A stretch of DNA of 62,071 nt, counting the filler, from Chiloscyllium plagiosum (taxonomy: Eukaryota): NCBI RefSeq assembly GCF_004010195.1. It is 5 parts of one record of this genome, joined end to end, with 100 filler letters (N's around TTAATTAATTAA, not from the genome) between each part and the next. Parts side by side here need not be neighbours in the genome. Positions count along the whole stretch, not along the records: positions 52,842 to 62,071 come from NC_057717.1; 4 more parts are not named here. The stretch is one strand, 5' to 3'. The translations under genes and the position numbers were made by a program. This document shows, in pieces, positions 52,980 to 62,071 of this stretch. The notes below the pieces were generated by a model that worked only from the letters and a program-made list of their open reading frames with translations, was not told the origin of the DNA and did no database searches. Positions within the stretch are counted from its first letter, which is position 1, and every line of letters starts with the position of its first letter.

Positions 52980-54850
52980 ATTTTCAAAGAAGATACTAAT
53001 GTTTAAGAATAGAGAAGAGGAATTGAGCATCAACACATCACGAGAGAAATTGTGTCAGAGGAATTTATTGGGCTATATATCTCCTGGTCCTTATCAATTG
53101 CACGCTGGGATCAGAAAAGATGTAGCTACAGATGCAGTAGATGCACTGGTTTTAATTTTCCAAAAAATTACAATGAATTTGGGAAGAGTAGCAAAGGATT
53201 CTAAAACGACCAACGTGTAATACGTTTTGTTTAAAAAAAGGGAACGTGGTCAATTGTTTTTAACCATGAACCGATCAGCTGAACATCTCTGGTTGAAATT
53301 TAAAAAGTCGCAGACTCAACTGTTCAGTAACGAATAGCAGTCCACTTGGAAATTCGCAGATTAGTCTAGCAGAGTCGGTATGGATCCAAAATAGGAAAAC
53401 AGTTTCTGAGAAATTCCTTCGAACTTTTCGAGGAGATCTGAACCATAATCGAAAGAAAGAGAAGCAGTCAAAGCCGAGTGATCAAACTACAAGAAGGCGT
53501 TTCACAAGGAACCGTGCAAAAGGATAAGACACGAGAGTCCATGGTATTAGAGGTTGCACGTCAGCATAGTTTCAGAATTTAGCATTTGGCAGGAAATAGC
53601 AAATACTGTTCAGGAGTTACTTTTACAAATGACGATCTGAATCGTTGGGGGTTCAACAAGGGTCAGTCCTGGTACCACAAATGTTTTATAACCTTTATTA
53701 ATGATTTGCAGGAAGGAAGAAAATGCACCTTTTTGCCAAATTTTCAGACAACACAACCACAGATGACAAGGTAAATCCTAAAAAGTGTACAACCAATCGA
53801 CGGTGAGGTGCTGATCGATTAAGTAAGTGGGCAAAGAAAATGCCCAACGTAATAAAACGCGAAAGCAATGAGAGGTTCTTCATGTTGAAATGGAGAGGAA
53901 GATAACGCAACATTATTTCACTGAAAATAACGGAAAAAGGCTGCAGCACATAAATGCTTGAGAGTACTTCTGCATGAAACAGGGAAACGCAGAGCGAGGT
54001 GCAAGGGGTAATCAGGGAAACTAATTGAATTTTTGCCCAAATTTCAAAGGGTTTGGATTAAATGAATGCGTAATAGTTATTGCAAAGTGTTGGTGAGATC
54101 ACATCCGGAGTACTCTGAACAGTTTCTGTCTCCTTATTTCAGAAAATATATGACTTCTTTCAAGCCAGTTCACGAAATTTCAAACACTCGAACCTAGAGT
54201 GTGAATTTTCCGCATGTGTAAAAGCTAAAGTAGTTCGGAATCTACTCCTAGATATTTAGAATTATGAGAGGTGAAGTCACCGAAATATGTAGAATTCTGA
54301 AGGGACTTGACCAACGAAATGCTGAGAACAGGTTTCCCTTCATCGGAGAGTCTAGAATCAAATGATACTGGATCAGAAGGAAGGCAATTCAATTTGAGAA
54401 TTCGGGGAAGATGCAAGTTTATCTTAGATTAGATTACTGACAGGGCGGAAACAGGCCCTTCGGCCCAACAAGTCCACACTGACCCGCCTAACATTACGGG
54501 CAACTTCACATAACCGATTCACCTGACCTGCACATCTTTGGACTGTGGGAGGAAACAGGAGCACCCGGAGGAAAGCCACGCAGACACGGGGACAATTTGC
54601 AAACTCCACACAGTCAATCGTCTGAGGCGGGAATCGAACCCGGGCTTCTGGTGCTGTGAGGCAGCAGTGCTAACCACTGTGCCACCGTGCCACCCAAAGG
54701 ATTATGGCTCGGGACCCCTTGCCACAGACAGCTGTGGGTCAGAACCCATTGCTCTATTTCAGGCTGAGATAGATATATTCTGATCACGAAGGGAATCATT
54801 CATTATGGGGAAACGCAGGAATGGAACAACATTGGGTCGATCATGTTCCT
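52980..54850 (+). mobile_element. Very old CR1 LINE ORF2 remnant interrupted by a SINE
   Basis: SPGPYQLH...VDALVLIFQ in ORF 52945-53220; GVQQGSVLVP-like motif near 53650. Confidence 0.65.
54424..54695 (-). mobile_element. Well-preserved HE1/V-SINE with Pol III A and B boxes
   Basis: Minus strand gggtggcacggTGGCACAGTGGttagcactgctgcctcacagc...GGTTCGATTCCcgcc, V-domain, CR1-like tail and (aatct)n end. Confidence 0.9.
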
Positions 54851-55429
54851 GTTACATGTCAGAGTCGGCTTTAGAAACAGCATCGTCTATTCTAGTTTAT
54901 ATTTCCTGCAAACCTATGGACTTAGTATGTACGAATTATCAGCTCAAACCGTTGTAGTAACTATTTGGTTGCTGTGCCGATTTCCAGACAGAGAATTATT
55001 TTGTTGTTTTTGCAGCATGAACTGGTCAACTATTGCCTTCATGATCATGTCCGCAATCACTATGAGATTACTGGATGTAACTTTGCTCGCTTTGTTCGTT
55101 TTTAAACGTTTCATCACCATACGAGGTAACATCATCAGTGAGCCTCTAGTGAAGCACTGGCATTATGGCCAGCATTCTACTTATGTGCTTGGGTTTCCGT
55201 GGGCAGGTGCTGTCATTTCCTGTGGTGATGCCATTTCCTATGCTTTTTCTCAGAAAATGTTCTAATACTTCTTCGCGTGGATGTTGGGATGATTGCTCCT
55301 GCAGTTCTGTATTTGTTCCATGTGTGTTGTTTTCCTGTAGACCTTGGTTTGATGCTCTCCATTGACTGTTCATTGAACTGTGACATCAAGGAATGGCAGA
55401 TTATTGTGGTTTTCCAACACTATTTCTTC

Positions 55430-55845
55430 TTCTCCCACAAACGAAGCTGCATTGGAACATTATTTTAACGAACCGCCACACACTGCAGCACAGACGATCT
55501 ATGAAGATTAAAAGAAAACCACATTTACAGCGCATATAAAAAAGTGGTTAGCCAATGAACGCTGTCCGTTAATTTCTCAGTAAATAATAGCAGCAGACAA
55601 AACCCTCCCAGAAACCTTAGCCACTCTCCCTTTCATCATACATATCAGAGGAACGACTGCCAGACTACTCAAACCTCTTGGTATTATGGTAGCCCACAAA
55701 CCCCATACCACACCCCAACACACTAAAATGAACTTGAAACCCCCGGTGCAGACAACAAGCAAGACGTCCGTCATTTACAAAATACTACTTTGGACAAACA
55801 GGCAGAAAACTAGCCTCCAGGATACATGAACATCAACTTGCAACT
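55430..55845 (+). mobile_element. Degenerate Penelope-like RT-linker/GIY-YIG fragment
   Basis: HKRSCIGTLF, LATLPF...TARLLKPLGIMVAHKP, VIYKI..YFGQTGRKLASRIHEHQLA read across frameshifts. Confidence 0.8.
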
Positions 55846-56149
55846 GAATCTGTATGGTGGTTTTCTGCTCCACAGTTTGAGCAGTCTACACTTTTAGGGT
55901 TTCAATGTTCAGTTTCAGACATCGATGCATCGACAACGTTTAGAGGTCAGATAGCCTGAAACTGGAATAATCGACCAGTGATTTTTCATTCCTTTATTTG
56001 AAAATTGGCAGATCTGGGATGCCCATATCTCAGTCTGCACCAGTGAAAAAGAACGTGCTGTTCCATGGATCGGTGACATTGCAGGTGAGCAGTGGACATG
56101 GTCCTGATCAACGTGTACACCAAAGCTACACTGTGCAGACTGAAAATGC

Positions 56150-57308
56150 CAGATCCTGCAACACAATAAAGATCCAACATTTCAGCAATTTAAGGTGGGA
56201 CCTTGATCAAAAATAAGTTGAGGTTGAAAGGAGCAAACAACCAAAATTTGACCGGTGGATAAGGACAAAAATACTGGATCAAGCACATGGACCTCTTAGA
56301 GAAACGATCAGTTTGGAGGAGTCCAAAAATTCAGTTTCTGAGGTAGTAAGAGCTCATGTGAAAGAGCAGACGGTTGAAATGGCAAGAATCCCTGCTGAAA
56401 TGAATGGCTGATCATTATGAATTGGCTCATAAAGCAAAGTTCGGCCTCCAACATCAAGTTCTTTTGTCTGTGTGATAACAATGTCACAAACCCACCAGGT
56501 GAAACGGGAGCGAAAATTACAGAACACAAATAAGGAAGTTGAAGTAGAATTATCAGAGGCCATGTTTGATCGAGTGATTCAATCAGAAATAGGATCAGTG
56601 GAGGATAAAGCGGATATTTTTCGTGCAAATCAATTAACTTAGTCACAACAGGAAGTTGGATAACTGAAGCAAATGTATTAGATAGTGTACACAGACTAAT
56701 ACAAATCTGAGTACATTCCAGAATGTTGCAATCGTAAAAACGATATCTTGATAAGGAAGTAGAGGCCATCATATATCAGGCAGATGAGAAATAGGCAGAG
56801 GTTCATCAAGTTGTATGAGCTTGGGATTATGGAAAGGCAGTGTTGCATGTAGCACATGAATTACTAGTGCAAGGTCATTCAGTTTTAAGGAAACTTCAAG
56901 CTAAAACTTATAAAGTATTTTCCATGGCGTGGACTGCATATGATGGGGTTGGCCTTTTTCTCGACCTGCCATACATCTCAGGCAGTAATAAAACAAACAA
57001 CTTTAATACTCATTCGTGCATTTGAGAAAACGTCGATTGTGTAGGATACCTACTGATAAAAAAAAATAAGAATTAGCTTTTGTTGACAACAATATACGTG
57101 TCCCCTAGATTTCCAACGGCCTTTCCATTCCGTCATATCACAGCTAAATGGACTGCAGACGTGGTACACAAGCTTTTCACTAGATGCAAACTACCCACAA
57201 AGAAATAATCAGATCAAGAGTGAAATATACATCCAAATTATTGCGGCAAGTTATGGAAAATTACAGACACAACAATTCAAATCTACTGCAGACCATCTGT
57301 AATCACAA
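56150..57308 (+). mobile_element. Heavily deleted Gypsy (Gmr1-like) gag/integrase remnant
   Basis: VLHVAHELLVQGHSVLRKLQAK (ORF 56840), then DCVG and SPRFPTAFP integrase-like segments. Confidence 0.7.
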
Positions 57309-57739
57309 NNNNNNNNNNNNNNNNNNNNNNNNNNNNNNNNNNNNNNNNNNNNNNNNNNNNNNNNNNNNNNNNNNNNNNNNNNNNNNNNNNNNNNNNNNNN
57401 NNNNNNNNNNNNNNNNNNNNNNNNNNNNNNNNNNNNNNNNNNNNNNNNNNNNNNNNNNNNNNNNNNNNNNNNNNNNNNNNNNNNNNNNNNNNNNNNNNNN
57501 NNNNNNNNNNNNNNNNNNNNNNNNNNNNNNNNNNNNNNNNNNNNNNNNNNNNNNATGACACCTCTTTTCATGGTCCTTTTAACAGATTATAGGGCCTGGC
57601 GCTGTCCATTTCGTTTATCAGTTTTTGTTCTAAGAAGGGTGATCCTTCTCCTCTATATAATACAAAGACAGCAGATGTGGGTCTTGGAACTCATTTCCTG
57701 CAAGGAAAAAAAAGACGGGAGTCCAATGAAAGCCCTTCA

Positions 57740-58225
57740 ATTGCCTGGATGTGTAAAGCTCCAAAGACAGTTTAGAAGTTGGCCACTCTCCAGGACAATG
57801 CAGCCCACGCATTTGGTTTTTAATGCACAAGCATCCACTTCCTCCCCCACCAGCTCGCACTCACAGCAGCAGTACATACTATCGACAAGACGAACTGCAG
57901 AAATGTACCAAAACTCCTCAGCCATCACGTTCCTTGATCATTTTCATGTCGAAAGACAAGGGCAGCACATGTATGGGAGTACCACCACCTTCAGCGTCCT
58001 CTCCAAACTACTCACAACGCTGACTTGGAAATATATCACCTTTCCTTCACGTTCGCTGTGTGAAAATCCTGGAATTCCCTCCTTAATAGCATCGTGGTCA
58101 ACCCACTGTAGATGAGATGCAAATGTTCAAACGAGCAGCAAGCCACCACCTTCTCAAGGTCAACTACAGCTGTTCAATAAGTGCTGGCCAGACAGCAATG
58201 CTGACATCCCACAAATGAATACAAA
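57740..58225 (+). mobile_element. Old LINE (CR1/L2-group) 3' end
   Basis: tccaggacaatgcagccc...cacagcagcagtac...tgacttggaaatatatc...caccaccttctcaagg...aataagtgctggcc; a related fragment lies at about 45270-45530. Confidence 0.55.
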
Positions 58226-60806
58226 CATGCATTAAGGAGCAGGGCTCTTACTTCTTATGAGGAAACAAAGAGCAGACTTAAGGACGTTGAAAAAGTAATT
58301 AATCATTTGAATGAAACCATCGAAATGATTAAGAGTGATATGTTTCTATAGACCTTAAGTACGGATTTCTGTACAATAGGGCCACAACAGAACTCTTTGA
58401 TAGCTGAACTCTGGAGAACAACACTGCACATGGGTCTATCGATGGACACAAAAGGACAGCCAATCTTGGTTGGAATCATAGCCTGAATCCACCATTAATC
58501 GGGTAATAGCAAAGGTAGCTTCTGAGGCTGAACTTGCTCTCATCAGGACTCTCGGCTTAGTGTAAATATCCAATGAAGTTGAAGTAATAGTCTCAGCCTT
58601 TGTTCTTCTGTGAGGCTTCTTAATAAGTAGCCAAATGAAATGTAGATTTGGGTAATTCACTCGAAGGGACTTTTTTGCCAAAGTAACTTGTTAAGGGACG
58701 TTGACAAACTGTCATACAGGAATTGAAAGCAATTAGCTGTTTCTGGGATGCAACCTTTGTTTGCTGTTTTCTGTGACACAGGAGATGACATTGCTTGATA
58801 ACCCGCTGGTTCATGACTATCAGTTCAATAAGATCGTCTGGAGAAAGAATGTCGTGAGGAAAAGGGATTAACAGAAGCATAAGCTGCGCTTCAAAGAGAT
58901 ATTCAATGCCAAAGGTAAAATGTAACAGAGGAGCTACTTCTGATATGAAAGCAAGCTGTATACATGGTGGCTCCATCGCAGTGATCAATGAAGTGAATGA
59001 ACGTGTCGAAAAGACCATCCATAGATTCACACCATAAACTTGATGGACAGAAACGTGCATAAGAATTCAATCTCAGGATGCCTCAGTCTCAGACATTCAC
59101 AGAGCAATACCGTTTACCAATCAAACAGTAGGCACTTTCAAAGGTAGGCAGTATTACTTAAGATCGGAGCGAGATTCCTCCACTAACTTGGTGAGAGAGA
59201 AATTCCATTCTCAGGCTGAACTTGCAGACTTGAGAGGTGTCATTTTGTTTGCTATGTGCTATAAAGTTGAAATAGTTGTTTCAGTATTTGATTGTGAGAT
59301 TTCTTAAAGAAACTGTCAAATTTAAGGCAGCTTCGATAATTAACATTGAACAAATACTGACTGGGAGAAGGTCTGGTAATAGCGTACAGAAGCATATCAG
59401 CCATGAGCGAATGGTGGATGAGCCGAATTTCCTAATTCTGTTTCTATTTCTTGTAGTCTAACGGTTGTCTGGTCGACAACCCTTCCTTGGGTCTTCCATC
59501 GTTTCTGAGGATTGACTTCCACTTGCCTGATGATGATCGGCAAAAACTCATTGGACCGAACATTCTGCTTCCGTGCTGTGTGACTCTGTGAGTCTGTTAC
59601 ATGTTTATGTCATCTAGTTAACTGAGAACATAAGTGCACTGAAATTGTACCTGTATGAGGAAAGGTAGGTGAACAAACCTAAATACCCTTCCTCTGGTAA
59701 CTTATATGAAGACAGCACTGGACAATTTCAGTCAGACAACAACAAGTGGGCATTAAATACTGGCTTGGACAGTGACTCAACTCTCCCCTCGTTGAATCTA
59801 TTAGAAATATTAGGATTTGATTGAGACAAAAAAATTGCACCGGTTTCCCCCAGTGTCACTGCGAGCTGGAACCATGGGTCACAGTCTACGAACACAGGGT
59901 GGAGCGTTCAGCACTGAGACGATGAGAGAGTTTTCAAACAGAGACTGTGTAGTACACCGAAACGGTAAATTCTCCACCACCTGACACTGCCTGCCATGCT
60001 GTGTTCTTCCACCTTTCCTGTTTGTTTCTCTGTGCAGTTCTCTGGCACAATACAGAATCGATGTCAAATCAATCAATGCGCTCAAGAAGCAGACATGCGT
60101 ATTTGTAAGGGTTATAAGGATGAAGGGGTACAGGAATAATGCAGAAAAAAAGCACTGAGGGAGAAGATCACTCATAATTTTGATGTTACGACGAATCTAC
60201 GGTTCCTAGGTGCACTCATCCCTGAATATTTTAGTCATCATACCTGTGTGTACTGTGAGATCAATTTATTGAAATTGTGAGTTACGTGTGTTCAAGATTT
60301 TTAAAAACAAAGTTCAGTATTTTACAATCACTGGGATACCAAGGAAGGACATTTTCTTTGTGTTTCTTTAGCCATACATAACGTGTTAATGAGTTACTTT
60401 GTCAGATAGAACGGTGCAGTTCAAGAGTTTGCGGCAGCAATATCATTGAGTATGTTTTCCAGACATAACCGGGATTTTAACCGGAGCATTGGATCTGGGA
60501 ATCCGCAATGGATGTATTTATTTCAACGTCAAATGTGACCTCTAATGGTATTTTAATAAACATTGACCGTTGAAAATACGGATAGTTTTTCCATGCAATG
60601 CAAAACGTTCATCCAAAAATAATATTAAAAATATGCAAAATCGAGATCAAATGTCCAATCAAACATCGAAGGAATATCTGCTGAAAGCATGTTTTTGCAC
60701 AGACCGAGGGACCAAAATAATTCTCTGTTGATAACATTGTGAAATTCCGGGTCAGCTGCAAAGAGAGTCGGCTAAAGTACATTTGTCATGTCCACTGTTC
60801 TTTTCT

Positions 60807-61682
60807 TCAAATAATATGATTTGTTTTCTTCCACAGAGATTTCCCCAACATCATTAGCTCTTCTCTGAATTTGTTCTGGGTTGCTGCATAAATGCATGGG
60901 TTCAGGAAACAACTCAACAACTTCAACATATCTCCTGTTTCAGTCGCGATGTATTCAGGGATGTTAAAGTCACCGCGATAGTAATTACCATGTGACAATC
61001 TGGTCATGACCAAACTCACAGAATGTGTCGACCAAAGCAATATGAAACTGCCTGATACCGAGAACAATAAAATTATGGTATTCCTCCGTTTGTCCATTCT
61101 TGAATTGCTTTGCCTCTCAGTTCTGTGACCCTGGAGTCCAACGCGAGTTCTATTTGCCACAACACGGTGGGTTGTTCAAGAATGAAACAAGAAAATTAGG
61201 AGAAATGGAAGCCAAGCAAACCCAGGTGCTGTAGAACCAAACAAAAGTTAACCCTGGAGATGAAGCAATGAAAGTTACACTTGACTGGCAGTCCCATTCA
61301 ATTTTATTAATAATTTGCACTGGTTCATATGCAAACAAAACCGATATGTTCTTTAATAAGGTCAGAACGGAGACGATTATTAATATTGTGATTGCAGTTT
61401 TTTCAGTGCAGTGTTTTGTCTTAAACTTCTGACAGCAGATCACCACAAATCTGTCAAATGTGAAGGAAACGGTGAACCAAACAGTTAGATCCAGACCGAT
61501 GGTTATCATGTATATAATGAGCTTGCACACAGGTGTGTGGGACAAGAAGGAAAATGGGAAGTGATAACTCAAAATACGATACACTATAATACTATTGATA
61601 ATAACCAATAGATCCGACGTTGCCATGGCCAACGTGTAAGATGAGATGCATTTGGAAAGACCACAGTTTCCTCGGAAGAAAC
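60807..61682 (-). pseudogene. Divergent GPR139/GPR142-like GPCR, frameshifted, TM1 start not found
   Basis: RGNCGLSKCISSYTLAMATSDLLVII, PVCKL, WFTVSFTFDRFVVICCQKFKTKHCTEKTA (ORF 61150-61803). Frameshift in TM5 near 61220, then RRNTIILLFSVSGSFILLW...LLSCFLNPCIYAATQNKFREEL (ORF 60807-61160). Confidence 0.88.
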
Positions 61683-61967
61683 TGTGAAGCATCTGGAAGC
61701 TCTTCTGGAAAGGGGCAAAGTACAGAAATCTCCAAGACTCATTCACCAAACTTACACAACGTTTTGTTGTGCAAAGACAGTATAGGTAGTTCACAGTGAT
61801 CAATCCAGGATTATGTTCACTTTGGGAGGATCAGTACAACAGAGGTGAAAGCAGATCTGCCACAAGAGGTTGGTACCGCTGGGATCTTTCTGTTCTGTGT
61901 TCCCTCTTCAGCACTGTATCGATGGCACCTCTATTAGACACGTCAAGTATTCTAACTCCTGTAACAG

Positions 61968-61975
61968 TTTATATA
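61968..61975 (-). promoter_or_regulatory. Possible TATA box upstream of the minus-strand GPCR
   Basis: TATATAAA on the minus strand about 290 bp upstream of the homology start; motif match only. Confidence 0.2.
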
Positions 61976-61988
61976 TCTGTAAATGCCG

Positions 61989-62044
<56 letters not shown>

Positions 62045-62055
62045 ACCCCCCCACC
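61989..62055. repeat. Poly(C) homopolymer tract
   Basis: More than 50 consecutive C near the window end. Confidence 0.9.
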
Positions 62056-62071
62056 CGCCCGCACCACCGCG

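Noticed and set aside
54620..54695. tRNA-like sequence with A and B boxes
   Set aside because: It is the tRNA-derived head of a V-SINE and continues into the V-domain and LINE-like tail; not a tRNA gene.

Overview
Repeat-dense, non-prokaryotic DNA. The HE1/V-SINE, CR1 LINE, Penelope and Gmr1-type Gypsy content, together with GPR139-like receptors, points to a cartilaginous fish (shark); that assignment is inference. No intact protein-coding gene is evident. The window holds a cluster of three disrupted GPR139/GPR142-like class A GPCR genes (15587-16474 +, 36057-36945 +, 60807-61682 -). The first two lie in a direct segmental duplication of about 13 kb (5841-19145 vs 27359-39632) and share inactivating lesions. 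The rest is nested retroelement debris: a near full-length CR1 LINE with 5' tandem monomers, many truncated CR1s, Gmr1-like Gypsy remnants, V-SINEs, a solo LTR, and several Penelope-derived insertions. These insertions carry hammerhead-ribozyme cores (CTGATGA...GAAA) and three of them are fold-back elements with the core on both strands. Comparing the two duplicated copies shows an empty versus filled Penelope site, short templated insertions and a near-identical tract. Seven N gaps are present; four carry an artificial TTAATTAATTAA spacer, so order and orientation across them are uncertain. Coordinates and identities were read by eye and degenerate repeat boundaries are approximate.
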